Shown: piece after piece, positions 34,351-50,345 of the stretch
How positions within the stretch are numbered: the stretch's first letter is position 1
Layout of the letters: the number at the start of each line of letters is the position of its first letter
Origin: an uncultured Pseudomonadota bacterium
GTDB taxonomy: Bacteria; Pseudomonadota; Gammaproteobacteria; Acidiferrobacterales; UBA6901
Length of the DNA: 64,000 nucleotides
Assembly: GCA_963698375.1 (NCBI GenBank)
Contig: CAVOQN010000002.1
Span: 582,947-646,946 of the forward strand
Reading direction: 5' to 3'
Position numbers and translations under genes: made by a program
Notes under the pieces: model-generated
What the model was told of the DNA's origin: nothing
The model's database searches: none
Seen by the model: the letters and a program-made list of their open reading frames with translations, nothing else

Positions 34351-35487
34351 CTAATCGGCCTGTTTGCGTAAAAATGCCGGGATATCCAGATACCCTATCC
34401 CGCCGTCGGATGCCCCACGCGGGTCAGCCGTGACACGCCGGTTCCGGATCACCGTGGGTGTATCCAGCTGCTCATAATCCGTTGTTCCAGTGCCTGTTTT
34501 TATCACCTTGAAGGGCTGCTGACGCTTCTCACGTACACCCAGACCCGTGGCGACTACGGTGACTCGAATCTCGTTGTGCATATCGGGATCGATAACCGTG
34601 CCGATCACGACCGTCGCATCTTCAGCCGCATACTCCTTAACAGTGGAACCGACTTCCTCGAACTCACCGATCGAAAGGTCCCGGCCAGCCGTGACGTTTA
34701 CCAGAATGCCGCGCGCGCCGGAAATGTTGATGTCTTCGAGCAGCGGACTCGAAACAGCAGCACGTGCCGCATCCATCGCCCGGCTCTCGCCGCTGGCTGT
34801 GGCCGAGCCCATTACGGCCATGCCCATTTCGGACATGACGGTGCGTACGTCGGCAAAGTCGACATTAATCAGTCCAGGACGGGTGATCAGCTCGGCAATA
34901 CCCTGCACGGCACCCTGTAACACCTCGTTTGCCTTACTGAAGGCATCCAGCAGGCTCGCGCCCTTGCCGACCACACTCAGTAATTTCTCGTTCGGGATAG
35001 TAATTATGGAATCCACGAACTCGCCCAGCTCCTTGATGCCCTGTTCGGCAATCGCCAATCGCTTTTTTCCCTCGAACGGAAACGGTTTAGTGACCACGGC
35101 AACAGTAAGAATACCGAGATCCTTGGCCACCTGCGCGACAATCGGCGCAGCGCCAGTACCGGTGCCACCACCCATGCCGGCGGTTATGAATACCATATCC
35201 GCACCCTGCAGGGCCTCGGCAATGCGCTCGCGGTCCTCGACTGCCGCTTGCCGGCCAATTGTCGGATCGGCCCCGGCGCCAAGCCCCTTGGTGAGGTTTG
35301 CGCCTAATTGCAGTATCGTTCGCGCACCAGTCTTTTTGAGGGCCTGTGCGTCGGTGTTGGCAACTATAAATTCCACACCTTCGAGTTTTGCGCAGAGCAT
35401 ATGCTCGACAGCATTGCCACCACCACCGCCCACGCCTATTACCTTAATTACAGCTTGTTCTCCGTAGCTATCCATTAATTCGAACAT
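34351..35487 (-). CDS. ftsZ: Cell division GTPase
   Basis: Own RBS (AAGGAGA) and ATG at 35487; [28 protein letters not shown]-terminal [12 protein letters not shown]. Confidence 0.97.
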   Translation of the reverse strand: MFELMDSYGEQAVIKVIGVGGGGGNAVEHMLCAKLEGVEFIVANTDAQALKKTGARTILQLGANLTKGLGAGADPTIGRQAAVEDRERIAEALQGADMVFITAGMGGGTGTGAAPIVAQVAKDLGILTVAVVTKPFPFEGKKRLAIAEQGIKELGEFVDSIITIPNEKLLSVVGKGASLLDAFSKANEVLQGAVQGIAELITRPGLINVDFADVRTVMSEMGMAVMGSATASGESRAMDAARAAVSSPLLEDINISGARGILVNVTAGRDLSIGEFEEVGSTVKEYAAEDATVVIGTVIDPDMHNEIRVTVVATGLGVREKRQQPFKVIKTGTGTTDYEQLDTPTVIRNRRVTADPRGASDGGIGYLDIPAFLRKQAD

Positions 35488-35543
35488 TGTGGTGTCTCCT
35501 TCAATAAGTAATGGGTTGTATTTTTTCCGCCTGCCCCGCCCAA

Positions 35544-36789
35544 CTAAAAATTCCCCTGGAACCAGCCCTTCATCTTGCCCAGCACACCCTTGATGCCTAC
35601 CGACTTCGATGGCGATACCAATCCATAGTGGCTTCCGCCACGCGCCTTGGCGCCAAACAGCACCAGTCCTACGCCGGTGGCATAGATCGGGTTGTGCACC
35701 ACGCCGCTTAAACCGCCTACCCCTTGCGGGATGCCAAGCCGCACCGGCATGTGGAAACACTTCTTCAGCGAGATCGATCATGCCTTCCATCTTGGCGCTG
35801 CCACCGGTAAGCACAATGCCGCTGCCGATAACGTCTTCGAAACCGCTGCGTCGCAACTCCGCAAGCACCAGGCCATACAACTCCTCGATGCGTGGCTCAA
35901 TGACCTCGGCAAGTGTCTGACGCGCCAGCTTGCGTGGCGGACGTTCGCCGACGCTCGGCACCTCGATACTTTCATCGCTGGTGGCAAGCTGTGTGAGCGC
36001 GCAGCCGTATTTTTTCTTGATCTCTTCGGCGTTGGCCGTGGGAGTACGCAAGGCCACGGCGATGTCATTGGTCACCTGGTCGCCGGCGATCGGAATCACA
36101 CTGGTGTGACGGATCGCACCCTCGGTAAACACCGAGATGTCGGTGGTGCCGCCGCCAATGTCCACCATGCACACACCCAGCTCCTTCTCGTCCTCGGTGA
36201 GCACCGACAGACTCGATGCAAGCTGCTCGAGAATAATGTCGTCCACTTCCAGGCCACAGCGACGCACGCACTTCACGATGTTCTGCGCCGCACTCACCGC
36301 GCCGGTGACAATGTGCACCTTGGCCTCCAGGCGCACGCCGCTCATGCCGATCGGCTCGCGGATGCCTTCCTGGCCATCGATGATGAATTCCTGCGGTAGT
36401 ACGTGCAGCACCTTCTGATCGGCGGGTATTGCGAGCGCGCGGGCCGATTCGATAACCCGTTCGATATCGTTCGGACCGACTTCCTTATCCTTGATGGCTA
36501 CCGTGCCGTGTGAATTGATCGAGCGAATATGCGAACCGGCGATACCGGCGTAAACCGACTTGATCTGGCAGCCAGCCATGAGTTCGGCTTCTTCAATTGC
36601 ACGCTGGATGGATTGAACCGTGGATTCAATGTTGACCACCACACCCTTCTTCATGCCGCGCGATGGATGGTGCCCGACGCCAATGACCTCTACCTCACCG
36701 GTTGCCGTGACCTCGCCTACGATCGCCAACACTTTGGAGGTACCGATATCGAGGCCCACTACCAGATTTTCATCACCTTTCTTTGACAT
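35544..36789 (-). CDS. ftsA: Cell division protein FtsA, frameshift near 35755
   Basis: [20 protein letters not shown]; true C-terminus (MPVRLG...KGWFQGNF*) in ORF 35544..35750. Confidence 0.93.
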
Positions 36790-36792
36790 GCC

Positions 36793-37576
36793 TCAGCCCT
36801 CATTCAATCCGGTTGCCATGATTTCCGATGTGCGCGGTGCGCCAGTACGATTCACCCATTCCACGGAAAAACCATTGGTGTAACGCAGATCAACACGCTT
36901 TGCCCTGGCCACTTGTGCCGACAGGGCGCGCGGATAAATGCGCGCAAATCGCTCGACCTTCGGCTCTGGCTCTTCGCGGCCGAGTGTGAGCATCAAGCCG
37001 TTGTGCAGCACGATGTTCCAGGAATGCCGGTCGGTGAGCGTGAGCGCGGCCACTTGCAGTTGCACCGGCGCCAGGATGTCGTTGAGGTTGCGATAATGCT
37101 CGAGTACGCGCGCTGCATTCCTTCCGGACCGATGAACAGCGGCAAGCCGGCCGGACCTTCGCGCCTCTGAAGATTAACGTGCTCACCCTGCGCATTTACC
37201 CAACCATTCTTTCCCCAGCGCGCCACCAGCTGTTGCTCGCTGAAACGGATGTGTACGCCGTCCGGCCAGCGGCGTCTTACCGTCACCTCATGCACCCACG
37301 GTACCGTGCGGGCACGTTCGCGAATGGCATCGAGATTGAGCAGAAAGAAATTGCCACGCACCGATTCCATGACCGCTGCCGTCAGCGCCTGTTGATCCAC
37401 GTGCCGGAACTCACCTTCGAAACTCAGACTGCGCACCGCGAAACTTTCCGGCCGCAGCACGGTGTCTGCCGCAAGCAGCACGAGCGTAGCAAACGCCAGC
37501 ACACGCAGAAGGCATACAACCCGGCACGCCAGGGGCGCTCGACAATGTGCTGCTGCAGGGTCTCAAGCGACGGCAT
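36793..37576 (-). CDS. ftsQ: Cell division protein FtsQ, multiple frameshifts
   Basis: TM plus POTRA ([14 protein letters not shown]) and C-terminal VDLRYTNG in separate frames; between ddl and ftsA. Confidence 0.85.
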
Positions 37577-38493
37577 CGTTCCGCTCCCGGCTGGTTTCCA
37601 GAATTTTCAGACAGAGCGCGTCAAAGCTCAGGCCCGCCTGCTTTGCCGCCATCGGCACCAGACTGTGGCCAGTCATGCCCGGTGAGGTATTCACTTCGAG
37701 AAACGATGGCCGGCCATCTTTCGACAGCATCACGTCCACCCGTCCCCATCCGTGACAACCGATAATGCGATAGGCCTTGAGTGCCAGCTCCTGGATGTCC
37801 TTCTCCTGTGCCGCCGACACGCCGCTTGGACAGAAATATTGCGTCTCGTCGGAAAAATACTTGGCCTGATAGTCATACAAGCCGGCTGGCTGAATGCGCA
37901 CCAGCGGCAACGGTGAGTCGCCCAGAATCGCCACGGTGAGTTCCGTGCCTTCAATGAACTCCTCGGCCAGCACCAGCGCATCGCTCTTCGCCGCCAGCGT
38001 ATAGGCCTCCGGCAGACGTTTCGCTTCGGTCACCTTGCTCAAACCGATTGTCGAGCCCTCGCGCGCCGGCTTCACGATGAGCGGCAAGCCGAGTTCCTTC
38101 GCCACCGCCGCGATAGTTGCTATTCGCCTCGAGCAACGACATAGCGCGGTGTAGGAATACCGACTGCCTGCCAGATGAGCTTGGTGCGCCATTTGTCCAT
38201 GGCAATCGCCGAAGCCATCACGCCGCTGCCGGTATACGGAATACCGAGAAGTTCAAGCGCCCCCTGCACCGTTCCGTCCTCGCCGTAGCGACCGTGCAGT
38301 GCAATATGGGCGCGTGTGAAACCCTCGCGCTTGAGGTCTTCAAGCGGACGGTTGGCCGGATCGAAGGCGTGGGCATCCACGCCCTGGCGCTTGAGTGCCG
38401 CGAGCACGGCTTACCGCTCAGCAGCGATATCTCGCGCTCGGCGGAACGTCCACCCATGAGCACTGCCACCTTGCCGAATTGTTCAGTGATCAC
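37563..38493 (-). CDS. ddlB: D-alanine--D-alanine ligase, frameshifts near 38410 and 38130
   Basis: [43 protein letters not shown] over three frames. Confidence 0.92.
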
Positions 38494-39394
38494 GTCCTGT
38501 CTCCGATAATGCGCACTTCCGCCTCAAGCTTGACGCCCTGCGCCGCGTACACCTTGTCCCGCACCAGTTCGATCAGCGTCTCAATATCCGCAGCCGTGGC
38601 GCGGCCGGTGTTGACAATGAAGTTCGCGTGCAGCTCGGACACACAGGCGCCACCAACACAAAAACCCTTGAGGCCGGTGCGCTCGATCAGGCGCGCGCTG
38701 TAGTCGCCGGGCGGATTGCGGAATACCGAACCGGCGTTCGGCCATTGCGTAGGCTGGGTGGCGCCGCGCTTGGCAAGCAGCGTCTTGATCAGTCGTCTGA
38801 CCTTCCGTTTCGTTGCCGGGCAGTGAGTCCGAAATGACCGGCAATAAACCATTCACCAGCCGGCCCCTGCACCGAACGATAGGCAATCTGATAATCGGAT
38901 GGCAGACGCGTGCGAATTCGACCCGCGTGGTCCATGGTCTCGACCGCCGTCACCACATCCCAGGTCTCGCCACCGAAGGCACCGGCATTCATGGCCAGTG
39001 CCCCACCAATCGTGCCAGGCACACCGGCCAGAAACTCCGCACCACGTAAGCCCTGTTGAACGCTGAAGCGCGCGAGCTTGGCGCTTGCCACACCGGCCTC
39101 GGCGCGCACCGTTTTCGCATCGATACGTTCCAGCCCGCTCAGCTTGCCGCTCAACATGATCACCGTGCCGCGCACGCCGCCATCGCGCACCAGAAGATTG
39201 CTGCCGAGCCCGATCCAGTAGAGCGGCTCGTTCTCCGGTAGTGTTTTGAGAAACGCGGACAAATCCTCCACGCCTGCCGGCTCATAGAAACAATCTGCCG
39301 GACCACCGACGCGCCAGCTGGTGTGCTTGCTGAGTGGCTCGTCTCGCTTGAGCACGCCACGCAGACTGCTTTCGTTCGTGTTCGCGGCCATCAT
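38490..39394 (-). CDS. murB: UDP-N-acetylenolpyruvoylglucosamine reductase, frameshift near 38815
   Basis: [36 protein letters not shown]. Confidence 0.93.
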
Positions 39395-40788
39395 CGCTTT
39401 TCCCCCAGACGCTGCGTGAGTCCCGCGGCCACTTGACCGATATTGCCAGCACCAAGCGTCAGCAACAGATCGTTGGCACGCAGGCTGTCGGTAAGCAGTG
39501 CTGGCAAATCATTCACATTCTCGACAAACACCGGATTGCCGCCACGCGCACGGATGCTGCGGCACAGCGCACGCCCATCGGCGCCGCTGATCGGCGCTTC
39601 GCCCGCGGCATACACTTCAGTGATGAACAGTGTGTCGCAATCCGCCAACACCGCGCTGAAGTCGTCGATCAGATCGCGCGTGCGTGTATAACGGTGTGGC
39701 TGAAACGCGACCACCAGCCGCCGCCGCGGCCAGCCTTCGCGCGCGGCCTGAATGGTAGCTGCCAGTTCGCTCGGGTGATGGCCATAGTCATCCACCAGCA
39801 GGACATCACCGTCGGTGACAGCGACCAGGCCATTCACCTGGAAACGCCGGCCGATGCCGCCAAAACTGGCAAGCCCTTCGCGTATTGCTGCTTCCGGAAC
39901 ATTCAGTTCATTCGCCACCGTGATCGCCGCCAGCGCATTCAGCACATTGTGCCGGCCCGGCTGGTTCAGAGTGATGGACATCGGCGTACTGCGCTTGCCG
40001 ATTGCCACATTGAAAGTGCATGTGCATGCCATCCTGGGTAATGTCGATGGCGCGCACGTCGGCATCTGCGCCTGTGCCATAGGTGCGTACCGGCTTGTGC
40101 ACGATGCGGCAGAATTTCACGCACGTTCGGGTCGTCGGTGCACAGGATCGCGAGACCGTAGAACGGCAGGTTGTGCAGGAAATCGACAAAGGCCTGTTTC
40201 AGCCGATTGAAGTCGCCGCCATAGGTCTCCATGTGATCGGCGTCAATGTTCGTCACTACCGCCATGAAAGGCTGCAGGTGCAGGAACGAGGCATCGCTCT
40301 CATCGGCCTCGGCCACCAGATATTCGCCGCGCCCGAGACGTGCATTGGTACCGGCGCTGTTAAGGCGCCCGCCGATTACAAAGGTCGGATCGAGACCGCC
40401 CTGTGCCAGCACGCTCGCCGTCAGGCTCGTGGTCGTGGTCTTGCCGTGCGTGCCGGCAATGGCAATGCCATGCTGCAGGCGCATCAGCTCGGCCAGCATC
40501 TCGGCACGCGGGATCACCGGAATCTTGGCGGCGCGCGCCGCTTGCACCTCGGGGTTGCGTGTCCTTGACCGCCGACGAAATCACCACCACGTCCGCGCCG
40601 GCGATATGCGCGGCGTCATGCCCGATGGTCACGCGGATACCGAGGTCCGCCAGGCGTTTGGTGTTGGCGTTCTCCGCGCTGTCCGATCCGGACACGCTGA
40701 ATTCGAGGTTGTGCAATACCTCGGCGATGCCGCACATGCCTACGCCACCGATGCCGACAAAATGGACGCGCTTGACCCAATTACGCAT
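39391..40788 (-). CDS. murC: UDP-N-acetylmuramate--L-alanine ligase, several frameshifts
   Basis: [37 protein letters not shown]. Confidence 0.92.
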
Positions 40789-41859
40789 GCGTGGCCTCCA
40801 GGCAGAGCCGCGTCACGGTCTCGGTGGCATCGGTGGTCGCGCACGCACGGGCGTTCACTGCCAGACGCTGCAACAGCGAGCGGTTTGCGCCAAGACTTGC
40901 CAGCAGTTCGGCCAGGCGCACAGCTGTAAATTCCGACTGCGGCAAAAGCAGCGCGGCATCGCGCGCTTCCAGAAAACGTGCATTCGCGGTCTGGTGATCG
41001 TCTGCGGCATACGGAAACGGCACGAGGATCGCCGCTACGCCGGCCGCGGCAAGTTCGGCAATGGTCATGGCACCGGATCGGCACACCACCACATCCGCCC
41101 AGGCATAGGCGGCGGCCATGTCGTCGATGAATGCGACCACCTTGGCGTCCGGCAGAAAGGCGTGATAGACCTTAAGCCACCGTTACCTCATCACGCTTAC
41201 CGGTTTGGTGCCAAACCTGTGGACGATTCGCCTCGGGAAGTGCACGCACAGCCTCAGGTACGACCTGATTGAACACCTGTGCACCCTGACTGCCGCCAAC
41301 AACTAATAGGCGCATGCGCCCCGCGTGCTCCGCGAGGCGCAGTTCCGGAGACTGGCAGCGCCAAGATTTCCTGCCGTACCGGGTTGCCGACCACGCGCAC
41401 GCCATGGCGCGCGCTGAACGCCGCCGGGAAACCGGCCATTACGACATCGGCAATTTTTGCGAGCCAGCGGTTGGTGAGACCGGCGATTGCGTTCTGTTCG
41501 TGTATCAGCAGCGGAATTCGCAAGGCGCTCGCCATGAGGCTGCCCGGACCGGAAGCAAACCCCCCCATGGCCAGCACCGCATCCGGCTTGATTCGGCGCA
41601 GAATGCGCCATGCCTGCAACATGGCAATGTTGAGGCGCATGGGCAGCAACAACCAGCGCAGCCACCCGCCCCCGCGCAACCCGCGGATCGCAATGGTTTC
41701 AAGCTCGAAATCCGCGGCCGGTACGACGCGCGATTCGATTCCTTCGCGTGTGCCCAGCCACACAATACGCACCCCTTGCTCGCGCAGTGCACGCGCCACG
41801 GCGAGCGCCGGAAACACGTGTCCGCCGGTGCCACCCGCCATGATGACTATCGTGATCAT
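40781..41859 (-). CDS. murG: Lipid II GlcNAc transferase, frameshifts near 41340 and 41170
   Basis: [38 protein letters not shown]. Confidence 0.92.
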
Positions 41860-43050
41860 GACTGCACCCACCTTGTGGCGGCCTTGTTCGCGTCCAACTC
41901 GCAGTAACAGACCGGCGGCGAGGCAGCTCACGATCATGCTCGATCCGCCGTAACTCACAAACGGCAGCGTCAGACCCTTTGTCGGCAAGGCGCCCATGTT
42001 GACGCCCATATTGATCATCGCCTGCATGCCAAGCAGCAGGCCGATGCCCTGGGCCAGGCGTGCCGCGTAAATCTGCCCATTCACCTCGGCATTGCGCGCG
42101 ACCAGAAACGCACGCCACACGATCACTCCGAACAGCGCCATACAGACGAGCACGCCAAGCAGTCCGAGTTCTTCCGCCAGCACCGCGAACAGGAAGTCGG
42201 TGTGGGCGGCCGGCAGGTAAAACATTTTCTGGATACTGGCGCCGAGTCCCACGCCCAGCCATTCGCCGCGCCCGAAGGCGATGAGCGCCTGCGTGAGCTG
42301 GAAACCGGTGTTAAACGGATCCGCCCATGGATCCAGAAAGCCAGTAATACGCGCCATGCGATACGGCGAGATGAAGGTCAGCAACGCCATGCCGCCGAGC
42401 CCGGCGCTGACCACCGCCAGAAGGTGCCAGAAGCGCACACCACCGAGGAATAACATGGCAAACACCGTGAGCGAGATAACCACAACGCTGCCAAGATCCG
42501 GTTCTTGCAGTAACAGCATGCCAATCACCGCCAGCACGATGCTGATCATGACAATGCCTTGGGTGAAAAACTTCAGTTCCTCGTGTTTGCGCACCAGATA
42601 GCCGGCGGCATACACAATCATGAACAACTTCACCAGTTCGGACGGTTGCAGCTTGACGACACCGAGCGACAACCAGCGCGAGCTGCCATTCACATGCACT
42701 CCGATGCCGGGCAGCAGCACGACCACAAGTAGCGCAATGCCGATCAACAGCAGGTAGGGGCCAAGATATTCCCACAGGCGGATACGAGTGTGCATGACAA
42801 CAAACATGCCGCTCACGCCGAGTCCGATGCTGAGCAGGTGGCGCAGCAGATAATGTGCACTGTTGCCGGTAAGGCGCTCGGCAATTGACACCGATGCCGA
42901 ATGCACCATGACGATGCCGAGCAAAAGTAACATCAGGACGCTTCCGAGAAGCCACGGATCCCAGACAGGTGTGCTGCGACCAGCCACGCGGCTAGACAGT
43001 CCGAGTGGCAGGCGAGCGCGCATGTTAATGATTCCGGTGATGGCGTTCAT
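41856..43050 (-). CDS. ftsW: SEDS peptidoglycan polymerase FtsW
   Basis: QPSE, EPDLG, LPAAHTDF, PTKGLTLP, SYGGSS; expected stop is the ATGA overlap with murG, lost in the ORF track via an indel. Confidence 0.92.
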
Positions 43051-44405
43051 GCCACGACCTCTTTCACTGCTTGCGCAAATACCTGACCACGGTGCTCATA
43101 GTTACGGAACATGTCGAAGCTCGCACAAGCCGGTGACAGCAGGACGACATCACCGGGTTGCGCGAGTCGCACCGCCTCGCGCACTGCGGTTTGCATGTCT
43201 GCGGCATTCACTACCGGCACCACGCCGGCGAGCGCCTTTTCGATTCGCGCCGCGTCGTGTCCGATCAGCACGACAGCGCGCGCGCAGTTCGCCACCGGCG
43301 TGCGCAGCCCACTGAAGTCAGCACCTTTGCCATCGCCACCGGCAATCAGAATCACCGGTGCGCCCATGCCGTTCAGGGCCGCTATCGTGGCACCAACGTT
43401 TGTGCCCTTGGAATCGTCGATCCAGCGCACGCCATTGCGTTCCAAAACCAGTTCGGTACGGTGATGCAAGCCATGAAACCTGGCGACTGCACGCTTCATG
43501 GCATCGAGTGGAACATGCACACTCTCGGCCAACGCCATGGCTGCAAGTACATTCAAGAGATTGTGCCGACCGGGAAGTGGTACCGCGGAAGCCGGCATGA
43601 GCTGGCGCGCGCCACGTGCCAGCCAGGTTTCACCACCGTGCGTCACAAGGCCGTAGTCGAAATCGCTTGCCGGCGCATTCTCACCAAAGCGCACCGTGTT
43701 GCGGTTCGGCAGGCCCATGGCCATCACAACTGGATCGTCGGCATTCAAAATCATGGCGCCGTCGCCGTGAAAAATGCGCGCCTTGGCGGCAGCGTATTCG
43801 GCGAGCGTGGCATAACGATCCATGTGATCGGGCGTAATATTGAGTACGGTTGCTGCACATGCATTCAGGCTCGAAACGGTCTCAAGCTGGAAACTCGACA
43901 GTTCGAGTACATACACCTCGGGTTCCGGCGTACGCAGCAGGTCCAGCGCCGGAACACCGATGTTGCCGCCGACTGCAGTGTCGTAGCCCGCCTCCTTACA
44001 CATTTCGCCAACCAGACTCGTGACCGTGCTCTTGCCATTAACGCCTGTTATCGCCAGCACCGGAGCCTTGGCCACACGCGCAAACAATTCGATATCACCC
44101 ACAGGCTCAATCCCACGCGCACTGGCAGCAGCAAGAACTGGTTCCTTTCTGGAAATCCCTGGACTCACCACCAGCAGGCCGGGGTCGCGAAACAGCGCCG
44201 CATCAAAGCTCCCGGTTTGAACTGTCACGTCTGGCAACTCGGCATGCAGCGCGCCGAGACCTGGCGGTTGTTCGCGGCTATCGACAATGGTGACGACATA
44301 ACCTTGGCGCACGAGATAACGTGCACTGGAGAGGCCGCTCATTCCCAGGCCCACCACCAGCGCACGCTTGTCGTTTGCCTGCTTCTTCATCATCACCGTC
44401 GTCAC
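43047..44405 (-). CDS. murD: UDP-MurNAc-L-Ala--D-glutamate ligase
   Basis: GLGMSG, TGVNGKST, ELSSFQ, DHMDRY, DDSKGTN, SPACASFD. Confidence 0.96.
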   Translation of the reverse strand: MTTVMMKKQANDKRALVVGLGMSGLSSARYLVRQGYVVTIVDSREQPPGLGALHAELPDVTVQTGSFDAALFRDPGLLVVSPGISRKEPVLAAASARGIEPVGDIELFARVAKAPVLAITGVNGKSTVTSLVGEMCKEAGYDTAVGGNIGVPALDLLRTPEPEVYVLELSSFQLETVSSLNACAATVLNITPDHMDRYATLAEYAAAKARIFHGDGAMILNADDPVVMAMGLPNRNTVRFGENAPASDFDYGLVTHGGETWLARGARQLMPASAVPLPGRHNLLNVLAAMALAESVHVPLDAMKRAVARFHGLHHRTELVLERNGVRWIDDSKGTNVGATIAALNGMGAPVILIAGGDGKGADFSGLRTPVANCARAVVLIGHDAARIEKALAGVVPVVNAADMQTAVREAVRLAQPGDVVLLSPACASFDMFRNYEHRGQVFAQAVKEVVA

Positions 44406-44420
44406 GTTTTTTCTCTATTT

Positions 44421-45504
44421 CTATCGAACCTTCAAGGTCGCCAGGCCGATCAGCACCAGAATCAGCGAGATAATCCAGAAACGCACAATCACGCGCGGCT
44501 CAGGCCAACCCTTCAATTCAAAATGATGATGCAATGGCGCCATACGAAAAATACGCTTGCCAGTCAGTTTGAATGACGCGACCTGCAGGATCACCGACAC
44601 CGTTTCCACCACGAACAGACCGCCCATGACGAACAACACGATTTCCTGGCGCACCACCACGGCGATTGTGCCAAGCGCCGCGCCCAGGCCCAGCGCCCCG
44701 ACGTCGCCCATGAACACCATCGCTGGATAGGTGTTGAACCACAGGAATCCGAGACCTGCGCCGACAATTGCCGAGCAGAAGATCAGCACTTCGCCTGTAC
44801 CCGGGATGAACGGAATACCGAGATAGCTGGAAAAATTTGCGTTACCGGTAAGATAAGCGAATACCCCGAGCGCTCCCGCCACCATCACGGTCGGCATGAT
44901 GGCGAGACCGTCGAGACCGTCGGTCAGGTTCACGGCATTGCTTGTGCCCACGATCACGAAATAGGTGAGAAGGATGAACCAGGGGCCGATGTCAATAATC
45001 ACACTCTTGAAAACCGGCACGATCAGATTTATCTCGGCGGGAGACTTGGCGGTTGTGTAGAGAAATACTGCCGCCAGAAAGCCGCCCACGGTTTGCCAGA
45101 AATATTTCTCGCGTACGCTCAAGCCCTTTGGATTCTTGCGCACCAGCTTGCGGTAATCGTCAACCCAGCCGATGGCACCGAAAAAAAGCGTGGTGAACAG
45201 CACCACCCACACAAAGCGGTTATTCAGGTTCGACCACAACAGGGTGGAGACAAACACGGCAATCAGAATTAGCGCGCCGCCCATGGTCGGCGTGCCGGCC
45301 TTGGCAAGGTGTGTCTGCGGGCCATCGCTGCGCACCACCTGTCCGACATTGAATTGGGTGAGCTTGCGGATCAAGTGCCGGGCCGATCAGGAAACAAATT
45401 GTGAGCGCTGTGAGTACGCCAAGAATGGCGCGCAACGTCAAATATCTAAAGACGTTGAACGCCGAAATATCGTGCGCCAGCCAATCGAAGAAAGCATAGA
45501 GCAC
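44421..45504 (-). CDS. mraY: Phospho-MurNAc-pentapeptide transferase, frameshift near 45378
   Basis: [12 protein letters not shown]-terminus; [33 protein letters not shown]. Confidence 0.95.
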
Positions 45505-46856
45505 TTAGGATTTACCTCCATTGGGGTCGTGTTCAACGATGCCCGCCACCACACGCTCCATCTTCATGAGGCGCGAGCCTTTGACCAGAACGGTCATGTC
45601 GGCATGCAGACAGCTGCGCAGGTTCTCGATCAGCGCCTCGTGACTGGTAAAGTGTTGCGCGCCTTTGCCGAATGCCTCGACAGCGCCTGGCGTGAGTTCT
45701 CCGACCGCATACAAGCGCTCGATGCCGAGACTCTTGGCTAGCAGTCCGACGCGCCGGTGAATGTCGCGCGCCGCCTCGCCGAGTTCGCCCATGTCGCCCA
45801 GCACCAGTACACGCTCGCCGGAGGCCGCCTTCAGCACCTCCACGCCAGCGGCCAGCGACCCGGGGTTGGCGTTGTACGTGTCATCCAGTACCCGCGCACC
45901 ATTCAGACCGTGCTTGACCTCAAGTCGTCCGGAGACACTTCTCAGTTTCTCCAGACCGGCCTGGATATCGGCGAGGCTGACGCCCGCCGCAAGCGATGCG
46001 CTGCTGGCCGCCAGCGCGTTCATGACATTGTGACGACCGAGCAGTGAAAGTCGCATGTTGATCCCTCCATGAGGGGTTTTGAGGTGGATGGTGCTGCCGC
46101 CGGCATCGAGTTCGTACTCGGCACTGACGTCTGCCGGTCGATCGAGACCGAAGGTGATAACGCGATGCGGCGCGGCAAGCTCGCGCCACAGATCGGCATG
46201 GGGATCGTCGGCATTGAGTACGGCGATGCCGTCTGCATCGAGACCGGAGTAGATCTCACCTTTGGCGCGCGCCACTGCCGATACACTGCCAAGACCGGCG
46301 AGATGCGCGGCCGCGGCATTGTTGATGAGCGCAATCGTCGGGCGCGTGAGTTTGGTGAGGTAGTCGATTTCGCCCGGATGATTCATGCCCATCTCGATGA
46401 CCGCATGCAGATCGCCCGGTTTGAGCCGCAGGAGCGTGAGCGGCACGCCAATGTCGTTGTTGAGATTACCCTGCGTGGCAAGAACCGGACCCGTTACATT
46501 CAGAATTGCGGCGATCATGTTCTTCACCGTGGTCTTGCCGTTGCTGCCGGTGACGGCAATAACGGGGATCTGGAACTGTCGGCGCCAATGCGCGGCAAGC
46601 TGCCCGAGACCCAGACGCGTGTCGGCAACCTGCACGGCGCTCACGTCAGCTGCGAGAGTGCGCGACACCAATGCTCCGACCGCGCCCTTGCCAGCCGCCT
46701 CGTTCACAAAACTATGGCCATCGAAGTTCGGCCCAACGAGCGCCACAAACAGATCGCCGTGCTTGAGCGTGCGCGTGTCGGTACTGACGCCGGTAAATTC
46801 CGTATCAGTTCCGCGCAGCGTTCCCTGAAGCACTTTGGCAGCGGCGGCAAGGGTCA

Positions 46857-46860
<4 letters not shown>
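45505..46860 (-). CDS. murF: UDP-MurNAc-tripeptide--D-Ala-D-Ala ligase
   Basis: TGSNGKTT, EMGMNH, DDTYNANP, GDMGELG, KGSR. Confidence 0.96.
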
Positions 46861-50062
<3,202 letters not shown>

Positions 50063-50066
50063 GGAT

Positions 50067-50345
50067 TCACCTGGGTGCCGCCTTGTCGGCGCGCACGACT
50101 ACCACTTGTTCACTCGACGGCAGCGCCATTCCAAGGCGTGCGCGCGCTGTTTCCTCAACACGCCGTTGCTCGGACCATGCACCCTGTTCGAGCAGCAACT
50201 GGCCACGCTCGATGTTCAGTGCATCACGCTCGCGCGTCACCGTCTGCAGCTCGGCAAACTGCGATCGATTGCGGTGACGCAGCTCGATGACCGTCAGCGC
50301 ACACGCCACCACGGCGATTGTCAGAATCGCTAGCTGCTTACGCAT
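50067..50345 (-). CDS. ftsL: Cell division protein FtsL
   Basis: Single TM, leucine zipper, GQLLLEQ, ARARLGM; between rsmH and ftsI. Confidence 0.88.
   Translation of the reverse strand: MRKQLAILTIAVVACALTVIELRHRNRSQFAELQTVTRERDALNIERGQLLLEQGAWSEQRRVEETARARLGMALPSSEQVVVVRADKAAPR

Noticed and set aside
34351-36789. Apparent 812-aa FtsA-FtsZ fusion
   Set aside because: The real FtsA C-terminus and stop are in another frame (35544..35750), the linker is not protein-like, and ftsZ has its own RBS and ATG; a single indel explains it
41254-43050. Apparent FtsW-MurG fusion
   Set aside because: An ATGA stop/start overlap exists at 41856-41859 and the region is full of indels; most likely a frameshift near the ftsW 3' end, though reads are needed to be certain
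43158-44576. Long antisense ORFs (472 aa here; also 824..1987, 19001..19993, 25295..26272)
   Set aside because: Shadows of real opposite-strand genes in GC-rich DNA, with no recognisable motifs
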